Assembly (NCBI GenBank): GCA_029856105.1
Contig: JAHQWH010000193.1
Location: 1 to 64,000, forward strand
DNA length: 64,000 nt
From: Promethearchaeia archaeon
GTDB lineage: Archaea; Asgardarchaeota; Lokiarchaeia; Sigyniarchaeales; SOKP01
Direction of reading: 5' to 3'
Of this stretch, positions 20,183 through 30,605 are shown piece by piece. How positions within the stretch are numbered: the first letter of the stretch is position 1; every line of letters starts with the position of its first letter. The position numbers were made by a program, and so were the translations under genes. The notes beneath the pieces were generated by a model, which was not told where the DNA came from, did not search any database, and saw nothing but the letters and a program-made list of their open reading frames with translations.

Positions 20183-21565
20183 TTAGCCTAAAAAATCTGC
20201 TTCGGTCGGTTTTTCGACAATATCTAATAAGTTATATTCTATAATCAATTGTAAAACGCCCTTAACTTGCATACCATGATTGTAGAGGTTATTCGCATCG
20301 TCCAAATTCCTCCAACAGAAGGGACACTCTGTTAGCAAGAAGTCTGCCCCTACTGCGTTAGCTTCATCGCACCTCAAACTAGCCGTTCTAATCGAGAAAT
20401 CAGGGTATCCTGCTCGAACGCCACCCCCAGCTCCACAGCACATAGAATTCATTTTTATTCGATACATTTCGTTAAACTTGAGTCCCACATCTTCCTCTAG
20501 CTTTTTAAGTATAACTCGCGGTTTATCGAACCATTCGTCAATCATTTTATTAACTTTTCTCATATCGAACATGAGGTTCTTAGATTCTCTGATCATTTCC
20601 TGTTCCATATCGATCGCGAAGTGTCTCCCCGTATGGCAGGGGTCGTGGTAGGTAATTACTTTTCCCTTTAATTCCTTGTTAGCTTTAAACTTTATCTTCT
20701 CTTTTTGAATAAGCGTAGTTATTAATTCAAAGGCGTGTAAGGTTTTAAAAGGAAGTTTTTCACCTTCTGCCATCCACTTTGGATAATCAATCGTTATCGT
20801 TCTGTAGCATCCAGCACACGAGAAATAAACCATCTCCAAATCCTTAAAATTTTCAAGATTCTTTCTCATTAATTCCTGTGCTGTTTCTACTGCACCAATT
20901 CTAAAGAAAGGGCTCCCACAACACACTTCTTCTTCAATTAAAGTAAAATTGATTCCTAATTTCTCGAAAAGTTTTGCGGTCGCTATGGCGACTTCTATTT
21001 GACGATAACTAGCAGTACATCCTACGTAATAACCTACTTTTGCACCTTTATTATTAACGAACTTTCCTAAACCAGCATCTTTTGCCCATTTAAATCGTTC
21101 TTCAGCTTTGCCACCATATGGATTGTTCAATTCTTTGACTAATCTATCAACCAATTCGTGTTTTTCGATCATAGGTACTCCTGATTCTATTAACGCAGCC
21201 CGTAAAGATTCGATAATATCTACGGTAGGGATTTTATTTTCGCATTGAGCAGAACATTGACCACATGTTATGCAGGGCAAAATGACATCTCTTACATCTT
21301 CAGAAAATTCTAAATCTCCGCTTAATATCGACCTAGCTATCCACATCTTGCCAGCGTTCCAAAAAGCTTCCCATCCGTATTCTATACCAGCAGGACACGA
21401 ATCAATCATACCTTCGTAAAGAATGGTACCTTGTTTTCCAGTGAATTCCCCTATTCCCTCTCTACTAGGCTCGCCCGAATAAGCAAACCTACACGCTTTA
21501 CAGTGGATACACTTATATATTTCCTTCTCCAATTCTTTTAATCTTTCCATTCCAGTTTTAGCCAT
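20183..21565 (-). CDS. Fe-S oxidoreductase, HdrD/GlcF-like (4Fe-4S plus two CCG domains)
   Basis: CIHCKAC, CITCGQCSAQC, CCGSP, CAGCY, YHDPCH, CCGAGGG and ECPFC. Confidence 0.92.
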   Translation of the reverse strand: MAKTGMERLKELEKEIYKCIHCKACRFAYSGEPSREGIGEFTGKQGTILYEGMIDSCPAGIEYGWEAFWNAGKMWIARSILSGDLEFSEDVRDVILPCITCGQCSAQCENKIPTVDIIESLRAALIESGVPMIEKHELVDRLVKELNNPYGGKAEERFKWAKDAGLGKFVNNKGAKVGYYVGCTASYRQIEVAIATAKLFEKLGINFTLIEEEVCCGSPFFRIGAVETAQELMRKNLENFKDLEMVYFSCAGCYRTITIDYPKWMAEGEKLPFKTLHAFELITTLIQKEKIKFKANKELKGKVITYHDPCHTGRHFAIDMEQEMIRESKNLMFDMRKVNKMIDEWFDKPRVILKKLEEDVGLKFNEMYRIKMNSMCCGAGGGVRAGYPDFSIRTASLRCDEANAVGADFLLTECPFCWRNLDDANNLYNHGMQVKGVLQLIIEYNLLDIVEKPTEADFLG

Positions 21566-21587
21566 TTTTTTTTACCTCCTTACTCAG

Positions 21588-23075
21588 TTATGGAAGAGCA
21601 AGCCTCCCAGGATGCATTATCATATTAGGGTCAAAAATCTTCTTCAGCGTTCTCAAATATTTCCAATACATTCCTGCTTGAGAATAAGTGAGGGGCGCGT
21701 GGATGTATGGATCTGGCCTGTAATTAATCCATCCTTGTTTAAGTGCGTACTCTGTTGTTTCTCTATTCATCTCTTGAACTTTTTCGATATCTGATTGTTT
21801 TGTGCTATCGAAACAAATGATGGGCATACAAATTGCTTGCCTACAACGCTCAATGCTCGCGATCCACATAACTGGGGGGAAACCATATTTCTCCATAGCA
21901 GCCGTATACATATTAGCAAAATGGGCGCATTCGTTCCAAGGGGTATAGAATGTGATAAATAAGAATCCTGCCTCCCAAAACGCATATGGAACCGCGATCT
22001 TATTGGGTTTCTTCAATCTGCTTGCGATTTGTTTGGGATGTAGTTCCTGAGGTTTCATGCTATCAGGGTCTTTAGCTCTATTTTTTTTGAAATCTTCAGC
22101 CATTTTATTGATTCTATTAACCACGTAATCTAACTCTTCTTGAGTTTGTGCCCAGCACTCCCAATTCATCCACCACTTACTAATTCCCATCTGTTCGTAG
22201 AACTCGTAATCGTGAGGGACTTTATCTTTTGGCCAACGTGTCATCACCAAAGGGTAATTCCCACCTTGAACCATAACGGTGTTGTGAGCAATCCCGAATT
22301 CCTGTTTCCCAATTTCGAGGGTTAAATCTTGCATATCCTCAGGATTGGACATACCCCATACAACCACAGTCTTAAATTTTGGATGTGGGTATATTTTAAC
22401 TGCAACTTTAGTCATTACGCCTAGAGCACCTTGTGAACCCATCAAAAAGGACCAGATATCTGGACCTAGTCCGTATTTATAGAATGGTTTAGCAAATGGA
22501 AGAGCCCAAGAGCCAGTTCGTACTATATCTCCGTTTGGAAATACTATCTCACCGCACATAAAGTTATCACCTTGTGGGCCAACGGAACTAGTGTAAAGGG
22601 AAAATCCTCGATCGATAGCATCTCCCATTACGGTAGAAGCTGGTGGAGCACCGTCTGGTACTGGAGGTGCCCACTCTGGATAATTTTTGTGCATGTAAGC
22701 CCAAAGCCCCCCAATCGTGACTCCCGGTTCCACTACAACGTATCGATTCTCTGTATCGACTTCGATGATTCTATTCATTCTACCTAAATCAAGCATAACT
22801 CCAGCAGGCTTAATGGTTGGACACGCAAAGCCGCCAGATAGTCCGCCTGAAATCGGTGAGACTCCAATTTTTTCTGCAGAGCAATAAAGCAGTATTTTAC
22901 GAATCTCTTCCATGTATTTAGGGCGTACGACGATATCAGGAATTTGGGATTCTAATCCCATTACAGATTTGGAAAGATATGACGCTGTAATTGCCTTGTT
23001 ATTGGTAGCGTACTCCTTGCCTACAATACCAATCATGGCATCTAAATCTTTATCATCTGGTAATTTATAGCTCAT
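21588..23075 (-). CDS. FAD-binding oxidoreductase (VAO/PCMH, GlcD-like)
   Basis: PDIVVRP, DLGRMNRI, VEPGV, GSQGALGV and C-terminal DPNMIMHPG. Operonic with the CCG protein. Confidence 0.9.
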   Translation of the reverse strand: MSYKLPDDKDLDAMIGIVGKEYATNNKAITASYLSKSVMGLESQIPDIVVRPKYMEEIRKILLYCSAEKIGVSPISGGLSGGFACPTIKPAGVMLDLGRMNRIIEVDTENRYVVVEPGVTIGGLWAYMHKNYPEWAPPVPDGAPPASTVMGDAIDRGFSLYTSSVGPQGDNFMCGEIVFPNGDIVRTGSWALPFAKPFYKYGLGPDIWSFLMGSQGALGVMTKVAVKIYPHPKFKTVVVWGMSNPEDMQDLTLEIGKQEFGIAHNTVMVQGGNYPLVMTRWPKDKVPHDYEFYEQMGISKWWMNWECWAQTQEELDYVVNRINKMAEDFKKNRAKDPDSMKPQELHPKQIASRLKKPNKIAVPYAFWEAGFLFITFYTPWNECAHFANMYTAAMEKYGFPPVMWIASIERCRQAICMPIICFDSTKQSDIEKVQEMNRETTEYALKQGWINYRPDPYIHAPLTYSQAGMYWKYLRTLKKIFDPNMIMHPGRLALP

Positions 23076-23290
23076 ATTTTTTTACCTTTTAATCAATCTT
23101 CATACTTTTTGATTTTTGAATAAAACAATTTTTATAATTCCGAAAATTAAATATTAGATTTTAAATTTGTCATAAAAGTTTTTCATAAACAGATGTATTT
23201 TTCTTATAATTGTATTGTTGAATTCTTAAAAATAGATTTGAATAATGGTAAGAATTAGAGTATAAATTTTTATTAAGAAATCGAATAGCC

Positions 23291-23671
23291 TTAAACTAAG
23301 TTAACTACTCTGTTGATTTCGGCATGTAGTTGAATTACAGAAAAGGGTTTTTCAATAAATGAAATAGCACCTATTTCAAGCGCTCGTCCTTTAATTGAAT
23401 TATCTGCGCTTGTAAAAATAACTTTAGTGTGGTTATTGAATTTCATCAATTCGATGGTCGCGTCAATTCCATTTTTAACTGGCATTCGATGATCCATTAA
23501 AATTACATCCGGTTTAGGCGAGAGGGATTTGAATTTTTCAATGGCTTCTTTTCCGTTGCTTGCTTTATCAACGACTTTAAATCCGAACGTCGTTAGCATC
23601 ATCTCGTATAATCTTTGCAACGACAAATCGTCTTCTACGATAAATACGGAAACCATTATACCAAATACCAT
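23291..23671 (-). CDS. Stand-alone response regulator receiver domain (CheY-like)
   Basis: IVEDD, DVILMDHRMP..NG, FTSA and EKPF. Confidence 0.92.
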   Translation of the reverse strand: MVFGIMVSVFIVEDDLSLQRLYEMMLTTFGFKVVDKASNGKEAIEKFKSLSPKPDVILMDHRMPVKNGIDATIELMKFNNHTKVIFTSADNSIKGRALEIGAISFIEKPFSVIQLHAEINRVVNLV

Positions 23672-23851
23672 TATTAATATATTCTAGGTTGAAATATTCA
23701 ACTCATTCATTTAAAAATTTCGAAATTTAATTAAAATTCTACTAATCAAGATAACACAAAAAACATTTTTTATTTAATAATTTCCATTTAAGTTATAGTT
23801 AAAATTAGTTAAAAAATAAAAAAGAAAAGGAAGGGAAAACTTATCTTTTTT

Positions 23852-24664
23852 TTAATTCTTTAAAAACCTTTTTGAAGAGAATCGTATGCCGGTAAACAGG
23901 AAAAACAAAGAGAAAATCAATGTTAACGGTAAATGTCCAATAACAATGTAGGCAAAAACAGGTTCTGATGAGTAAGCAAATAATACAATAGTTACCGCTA
24001 AATGGATGATAGAGTTCGCAATGGCAATTCTTCGATTTGGAGATAGAATACCAAAAAGAAAATTAGGAAATAGAAATAGAATTATGATATTTCCAGTTGA
24101 TAACAGAATCAAAGCCGGAAAAAATTTTGTGAACAGATCATCACCATAAAGAAATCGAGTTAGGTCAAGAGTCGCAAAAATAAAAAGAGTGGCATAAATA
24201 CTGAGCAAAATTAAAGGGTAGATTAGCGATCCGTTAATTAACCACGATATTGCCACTCTAATTATGGGGGAGCTTATAGTTTTTCCTTTTAAGTTGCTTT
24301 GAATGTTTTTTTCCATTTCTTCTTGAATGATTTTTTCTGTGTCATAATCAGGCGAATAGGAGTCGATAAATTCTTGTAAAATGTTTTTCAAAATCTTAGC
24401 AACTAATTCGTTGTTATCTTTTGAACTCACGATCGCGGCTCCGAGTATCCGTTCGTCTTGTTTTGGGACTACGATAAGTTTATTATTTTCCCCAAGATCA
24501 ACGGTTTTGACTGCCGTACCTAAGGCTTCTCTACTAAAATTAGTGATAGATGTGAAAAACCCTATTAATAAATTATCGTCGTACTTTTGTTCTCTCTTAA
24601 AATCTTTGGAATATAATAACCTTCCGTTTTCGTCCATAAGATAAAGATTTTTTAGCATACTCAT
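23852..24664 (-). CDS. Longin-like domain fused to a ~4-TM membrane domain
   Basis: N-terminal LYLMDENGRLLYSKDF...DDNLLIGFFTSITNFSREAL pattern typical of longin/sedlin-like folds; hydrophobic C-terminal half. Confidence 0.6.
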   Translation of the reverse strand: MSMLKNLYLMDENGRLLYSKDFKREQKYDDNLLIGFFTSITNFSREALGTAVKTVDLGENNKLIVVPKQDERILGAAIVSSKDNNELVAKILKNILQEFIDSYSPDYDTEKIIQEEMEKNIQSNLKGKTISSPIIRVAISWLINGSLIYPLILLSIYATLFIFATLDLTRFLYGDDLFTKFFPALILLSTGNIIILFLFPNFLFGILSPNRRIAIANSIIHLAVTIVLFAYSSEPVFAYIVIGHLPLTLIFSLFFLFTGIRFSSKRFLKN

Positions 24665-24697
24665 TCCTCATATTTTATTATAATTTGGTTTTAAATT

Positions 24698-26404
24698 TTA
24701 TATATTATCAACAAATTCTAAATATTCTCCAATGGAGGCAGTAGATTTTTTAAAACATTGCAAACGCGGACCAAATAATTCTGTTATCTTTACGATTACA
24801 TTATTTGTATTTGATTTAAGAAAAATCTTATATTTTTCATTCTTTCTTTCTTCAATTATTACTTCAATTTCTTCCATTTCTTTTAGTTTTCTAATTAAGA
24901 ACTCTTCAGGATCGTTTAGTTCTATCGTTACAATCTCGCCATATTGAGGCAATTCTTTAATATAATCCTTAAAAGCTCCTATTTTTGATGCTCTTTTGGT
25001 GATCGTTAAAATTTGGTCGCAATTTAATACGACCTCTTCAGATCCATGGAAGATCATAATCACGTGAAATTCTTGCTTAATTTTATCCATGTAATTGTTA
25101 AATTTTTCGTATTCAAATTTTCCTAGAATTCCATAAGGTATTGAAAACATAATAATCGTTGGTGTCTGGATTAAAGCGCGTGCTATTGAAAAAAGAAGAT
25201 ATTCTAAAGGTGTTAACTCTGAGAATTTCTTATTTTTCTTATTTAGCATCCCAGTTACTTCTAAAACATTTTTTAAGAACTGTTTTTTACGACTGTATTT
25301 ATATGTTGTATCCGAAATTAAATCTTCAATAATTTCATCTATACCTTGACCTAATCCTGCATCTTTTAAAATTGCGTTGAATGCGTTCTTTCTCTCTTTA
25401 TATCTCTCATTCAAATTTATCTTGTATTGAATTGCTTTCTTTACTTTCATATTTGTTATTACTGAGTCGTAAGCTGGAGGTAAAAGAAAAATTTTCTCTT
25501 TTTCTTTTTTTGATAACGATTTTATTGGGTGTCCAAAAATTTCTATTGACCCCATAAAATCTAGTTGAGAGCCTGCTATGGTCTCAAACAGATTCAATAA
25601 GTCCAATCTGTGATCGACATTATTTAAATACTCTTCGTCGTACATTATGCCAATAGACTTTCCTCTATGAATTTTAAAAGAAAGATTATTAATTACTTCT
25701 CCCACTGACACGCCGTTAAGAACTAAATATTGGGAATCTTCTTTTAAAGGTTCGAGATTGACTTGGTTAGAAACAATTTCACATATTTTTTCTATTATTT
25801 CAAGAACATGCAGAGGATTTTCTATATCCCAATTTCTTATAATTTCTTTTTCGTTAAATTTTCTTTCAGTAATAATCCTTGATAAGGATCTTGAAAATGA
25901 AAAGGATGGTAAAATTGGGTATTTTTCAAATTTAATTTTTAATTTAGTAGCGAAATTGGGATAACAGATTCGAATCTCTCTGTAGTATGGGTTATTTTTT
26001 ATTTGATAATTTTCAAACTTACTATCAATTAGTTCAACTTCATAGTCCAAAATTTCTAAGCGTTTTTGAAATTCTTGTCTAATAAGTCTTCTCATATGCC
26101 GGATGATCTTCATTGGATTAATAAGACCATCTTCATCGAAGTCTGGATTAAATATAATCTCACTGAAATCAATCTCATCTTCAATAGGGGTATAAATTTT
26201 TAATAATGGAACTCCTTTCTCAAAGACATCGCTATTAGTAAAAAATAGTACTTCAATAAAGGATTTTTTATAAATCAAATCAATAATAGAAGCAATTCCA
26301 AAAGTATTTTCTCTGTAAGTCATCCAAAAACGTTTAGAAACTCTGACTGCGTCCAAAACCTTTAATCTTAATCGTTCTAATTCTACTTCTCTAGATTTCT
26401 TCAA
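24698..26404 (-). CDS. E2/RWD-like domain(s) fused to a degenerate ABC ATPase
   Basis: KYPILP...W.IENP..VLEII resembles RWD/UEV. The ABC fold is recognisable (NLSFKIHRGKSIGI, IARALIQTPTII) but Walker A/B and the signature are lost. TTG start at 26404 follows GAGGTG. Confidence 0.65.
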   Translation of the reverse strand: MKKSREVELERLRLKVLDAVRVSKRFWMTYRENTFGIASIIDLIYKKSFIEVLFFTNSDVFEKGVPLLKIYTPIEDEIDFSEIIFNPDFDEDGLINPMKIIRHMRRLIRQEFQKRLEILDYEVELIDSKFENYQIKNNPYYREIRICYPNFATKLKIKFEKYPILPSFSFSRSLSRIITERKFNEKEIIRNWDIENPLHVLEIIEKICEIVSNQVNLEPLKEDSQYLVLNGVSVGEVINNLSFKIHRGKSIGIMYDEEYLNNVDHRLDLLNLFETIAGSQLDFMGSIEIFGHPIKSLSKKEKEKIFLLPPAYDSVITNMKVKKAIQYKINLNERYKERKNAFNAILKDAGLGQGIDEIIEDLISDTTYKYSRKKQFLKNVLEVTGMLNKKNKKFSELTPLEYLLFSIARALIQTPTIIMFSIPYGILGKFEYEKFNNYMDKIKQEFHVIMIFHGSEEVVLNCDQILTITKRASKIGAFKDYIKELPQYGEIVTIELNDPEEFLIRKLKEMEEIEVIIEERKNEKYKIFLKSNTNNVIVKITELFGPRLQCFKKSTASIGEYLEFVDNI

Positions 26405-29400
26405 TTTCAGGCACCTCAATTAATTTGTATCTAAAGAATTGTTCCATTTTAGAATCGATTTGCTTTATTTCTTGGATGGAATCCTTACCAATTTTATTTT
26501 CGATTTTTTCAATTAGTTTTTTTAAGTTTAATTCGGTAAATAACGAATAATCAGTTCCCGCTTTATTTTCAAGAACGCTTTCTATGCCATCTATAGATTC
26601 GAGCGTTTCAATTAAGTTCTCATTTATCTCTTTGAAACATACTTCTATAGAACGTCCTTTTCCAGGTAATTGAGCTAAAAGGTTCTTTGGTTTCCCGAAG
26701 TCTATTACGCCGCGATCTCTACCGAAAATAGCAACGCGGTGGCAGAAGCGAGACTCTTCGGGGTAATGAGTTATTACAATTAGAGTAGTTCCAAATTGCT
26801 CGTTGATTTTTGTAAGGGCTAACCATAAGTTTTCACGTATGATAGGATCTAAGCCTGAAGTAGGTTCGTCTAAAATAAGAAATATTGGGGCGTGAATTAG
26901 CCCGATTGCAATGCTAACCCTTCTTTTTTGACCCCCCGAAAGATTTTTAATTAATTCATTTATTTTATCTTCAATCTCTAAGCTTCGCAAGAGTCTTTTT
27001 GACCTGCTTATTATTTCTTGCTCAGTTAGACCGTATTGATTTCCAAATGAGAGTAAATTATCAAGAACAGTGAAATTATGATAGATTTTCCCTAGATCTT
27101 GGGGTACATAGCCATATATGGGTCTAATCTTTTTAGAGTTTTTTTTGTTAATGTCCATTCCATAAATTTTACAAAATCCAGTAATTTTTCTCATTCCCAA
27201 CAACCCTTTTACAAAAGTAGATTTTCCTGCCCCACTTTCTCCTAAGATTCCTAATATTTGCCCATGATCTATTTTCATTGACACAGAGTCAACAATCAAT
27301 CTTCCACCAGCATACACACTAAAGTTTTCGCAATTAATTGCTGGAAATCTTTGTAAATAGGATGGAGTAATTTTTCCGCCAAGACCTACCTTTTCTATAA
27401 TGCGTTTTATTAAAGAAATTTTTTTACGAATTTTTAAAAATATATATAGCCCAATAAATCCAGCTTCAGTAAGTAAGATATAAATCAATAAATAATTCCA
27501 AGGTTTTGAATCAAAACTCTGGTCATATTTTAATTCGTCTATAATAATAATTCCATAGGGAGTGTTTCGTAAATCGGCTCCAAAATCGGGATTATCTCCT
27601 ACACCTCCAGTATTGGTGCTTATACATTCCGAAAACCAGATTAAAGCTTCTTGAATGTTATCTGGTTGAAAATTGTAGTCGTAAAGAGCCTTAGAAGCGA
27701 GATAGGTCACTAGAAAAGACGAAGGTAAATCTAAAAATTCCCCCATCATAGGTAGAAGGGAAAAACTTCCATCGGAAGTTTGAGAAAGCTTTAAAAAATC
27801 AATTGCGGTCATTTTAGACATTGGACCTTCAACAAAACCCTCGTAAAAAATTTGCAAACCGTAATAAGTAGAAATAACATCGCTATGAAATCCTATAACG
27901 ATTGAAAATCCTCCATCAGCATTTTGGCACGACCTTACCCATTGAGAAAGATTATTATAATGAATCCGATCTAACCCATTAATTAAATATAGAGAAGATA
28001 ACGCCCAATATGTACTTTCTACAGTGGACACATTCATATTGATCAAATTAGTAAATACTATAGAATAAGACCCAAAAAGAGATAATAAATATTCGATATC
28101 TTTCCCAACTCTGAAACCTCCATCAGAGTTTTGCAAGTTAGATAAGAAGTTTTTTGTCAGATTTAACGCATCTGGAGGAAACCAAGGCCAATATGCGGGA
28201 ATAAGCATTTGCAACAGATTTAATCCACAATAAGTAGCAAAAAGCGTTGCTTCTTGACCTGGTTGCGAACTAAATCCTCCATCGTGAATATTATAGCACG
28301 ATATTGTAAAATTTAAGATTTGGCTTTTTAAATATTGAAATTGCGCGGTCTGTATTGAATCGAGATACCCCATACTAAAATATGTTAAAATTCCGAAATA
28401 ATTAGTTTCAATTGTTATTTGCCCAAATAGAGCGTTCTTTGCTTGGAAAAAGTGTAGCCAATCGTAATAATCAATTTTAGTCTGGTTTATAAAATTACTT
28501 TGTAAAGGAGTAAGAAGTAACATGCTTTCTAAAATCTTGATTGATTTCATCGCCGCCCAACCAGATGTGAAATCAGACATAGTTACATTTGGACGTATAC
28601 CAAATCCCCCATCATTATTTGAACAATTTAAGACATATTCTAATGTTTTAGAAGCGTTTTTTAAAGGAAGCCCTAATAAATCTAGCGAAGAAATGGCATA
28701 ATAAGTTGATTGGACATCAGTAGTACCCGTTAATGTGTTAATATAACCCCCATCGAATGGGTTATACGATGCGTTAAAATAAGCTCCAATAAGTAATAGT
28801 TCAATTGAATTATAGGACATATTCATTCCTAAAAAAGATTTTACACCATAGAAGGTCGTTTCTGGATTTGAAACTAAAGAATTATTTGTTAATCGATAAC
28901 TACCTAAAAACCATGTAGAATTAATAAATTCTTCAATATTTTGGTTTAGAAGTAAAGAACTCTCTGATAAACTATATGCGAGTTCAATCGCACAGAATGT
29001 AGAAATAATATCAGAATCATTTAAGTATTGATTAGCCTTAAAACCCCAACCCCCTTCATTTAAAGAAGTTGAAATGTAGTTTGCGATATTACTCGTATCT
29101 CCAAGATTTATCTTGTGTTCAAGATACGATTTATTGGTTATTTCTAAAGTTTCGATTGCTTCATAGGTTGAAATTAAATTTCCAAATCCCGCTATATCTG
29201 AATAGGATCCATCTATATTTTGTTTTTCAAAGATATAATCAAAAAAGAAATTACGGTAAAAAGACTCAATATTTAGATTAGAATTAGGATTTATTAATTC
29301 AGGAGTATTAATACTTGAAAATGTGAAATTAATAGAGTCAATGGCTCTAAAATTTGAATCAATGTCGGGTTCTACAAATAGTCCTACATCGTTATGGTGA

Positions 29401-29573
29401 GTGCTTGTAAAGGAAGTTGCCATATTTTTAACTTGTTCTACGTTTTTTTCGTCAATATAATAAGTCCAACGAACATTTACTAAAACCAAAGTTATAACTG
29501 GAGTTCCTATGAGAATAAAGACTATAATAAAATTTTTTAGTCTTTTTTCGTTTTTCCGACTTAATTTTAAGAT
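26391..29573 (-). CDS. Prenyltransferase/squalene-cyclase-repeat extracellular region + TM + intact ABC ATPase
   Basis: About 9 QxxDGGF-type repeats, many N-x-S/T sequons, a TM segment, then GESGAGKS, LSGGQ, LILDEPTSG and ITH. The frame stays open upstream of the track start 29489 through a signal-anchor; the ATC start at 29573 is inferred. Confidence 0.8.
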   Translation of the reverse strand: MLKLSRKNEKRLKNFIIVFILIGTPVITLVLVNVRWTYYIDEKNVEQVKNMATSFTSTHHNDVGLFVEPDIDSNFRAIDSINFTFSSINTPELINPNSNLNIESFYRNFFFDYIFEKQNIDGSYSDIAGFGNLISTYEAIETLEITNKSYLEHKINLGDTSNIANYISTSLNEGGWGFKANQYLNDSDIISTFCAIELAYSLSESSLLLNQNIEEFINSTWFLGSYRLTNNSLVSNPETTFYGVKSFLGMNMSYNSIELLLIGAYFNASYNPFDGGYINTLTGTTDVQSTYYAISSLDLLGLPLKNASKTLEYVLNCSNNDGGFGIRPNVTMSDFTSGWAAMKSIKILESMLLLTPLQSNFINQTKIDYYDWLHFFQAKNALFGQITIETNYFGILTYFSMGYLDSIQTAQFQYLKSQILNFTISCYNIHDGGFSSQPGQEATLFATYCGLNLLQMLIPAYWPWFPPDALNLTKNFLSNLQNSDGGFRVGKDIEYLLSLFGSYSIVFTNLINMNVSTVESTYWALSSLYLINGLDRIHYNNLSQWVRSCQNADGGFSIVIGFHSDVISTYYGLQIFYEGFVEGPMSKMTAIDFLKLSQTSDGSFSLLPMMGEFLDLPSSFLVTYLASKALYDYNFQPDNIQEALIWFSECISTNTGGVGDNPDFGADLRNTPYGIIIIDELKYDQSFDSKPWNYLLIYILLTEAGFIGLYIFLKIRKKISLIKRIIEKVGLGGKITPSYLQRFPAINCENFSVYAGGRLIVDSVSMKIDHGQILGILGESGAGKSTFVKGLLGMRKITGFCKIYGMDINKKNSKKIRPIYGYVPQDLGKIYHNFTVLDNLLSFGNQYGLTEQEIISRSKRLLRSLEIEDKINELIKNLSGGQKRRVSIAIGLIHAPIFLILDEPTSGLDPIIRENLWLALTKINEQFGTTLIVITHYPEESRFCHRVAIFGRDRGVIDFGKPKNLLAQLPGKGRSIEVCFKEINENLIETLESIDGIESVLENKAGTDYSLFTELNLKKLIEKIENKIGKDSIQEIKQIDSKMEQFFRYKLIEVPEIEEI

Positions 29574-30604
29574 ATAATTCCACCCTCACTATTTATTTCG
29601 CTAATATCCACTTCATTTTCTTTTGTTTCTTCCTCTTGGATTCTAATCTGAAAGAGCCTTCTAAAATTTGCGATATCTCTACTCATGGAATTAATTTTAA
29701 CTTCATTCTCAAATAAATATTTCATTAATTTAGGTAAATTGTTCTCAAAATTCTCCATTAATACTTCGATTGTTTCATTTCCAACGCGTAATACATTTTT
29801 GACTGAATTAAATTGTTGAACCGTTTTTATTCCTTTTTGATCTAAATTTTCGATTGAAATTCTCGCTACTAAACCACCACTTGGTAAAGAAGATATTAAA
29901 TTTTGAGGTGTGTCAAATTCGAGTAATTTTCCCTGCCTTAATATCGCAGTTTTATCACATATTAGTGCTGCTTCTAAATCGTGTGTAATAATAAACATAG
30001 TTGTGTTTAAATGCTGGTTTAACTTCTTTAGATAACTGAGTATATCATAGCGTTTCGACGCATCCACACCAGTCGTGGGTTCGTCAAGAAAGAGAACTTT
30101 TGGGTTATGTATTAAACCAATAGCCATTGAGAGTCGCTTCTTTTCGCCCCCGCTCATCTGCGATACCTTTTTTTTCCAAGTGTCCTCAGGAATGTCTAAT
30201 ATTTTAAACAGCTTTTCAGCGGTTTCTTTAGCCTTTTTTTTGTCCATTCCATAAGTAGATGTAAAAACTTCGACATTTGCCATAGGATTTAATTCAAAAT
30301 ATAAATTCAATAGTTCTAGTTGAGGAACGTATCCAATATTACTTAGAATTTTTGAATGATTTTTTTTTTTACTCGGATTTAAACCTGTAACTACTACATT
30401 TCCACTCCAATTTTTCTTTTCAATTTGGCATGTTAATACCCTAATAATTGTTGTTTTTCCTGCACCTGAAATTCCAAACATACCAATGATTTCTCCTTGC
30501 TTCACATTAAAAGATACATCATGCACTATTTGGTTTTTCCCAAATGTAACATTTAAGTTTTCCACAAGTACCATTGAATTATCAGAAGGCTTAGAAATCT
30601 CCAT
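29567..30604 (-). CDS. ABC transporter ATP-binding protein (ABC-2/DrrA-like)
   Basis: GISGAGKT, MSGGE, LFLDEPTTG and ITHD. ATG at 30604 follows GAGGTG. Confidence 0.93.
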   Translation of the reverse strand: MEISKPSDNSMVLVENLNVTFGKNQIVHDVSFNVKQGEIIGMFGISGAGKTTIIRVLTCQIEKKNWSGNVVVTGLNPSKKKNHSKILSNIGYVPQLELLNLYFELNPMANVEVFTSTYGMDKKKAKETAEKLFKILDIPEDTWKKKVSQMSGGEKKRLSMAIGLIHNPKVLFLDEPTTGVDASKRYDILSYLKKLNQHLNTTMFIITHDLEAALICDKTAILRQGKLLEFDTPQNLISSLPSGGLVARISIENLDQKGIKTVQQFNSVKNVLRVGNETIEVLMENFENNLPKLMKYLFENEVKINSMSRDIANFRRLFQIRIQEEETKENEVDISEINSEGGIIS

Positions 30605-30605
30605 T

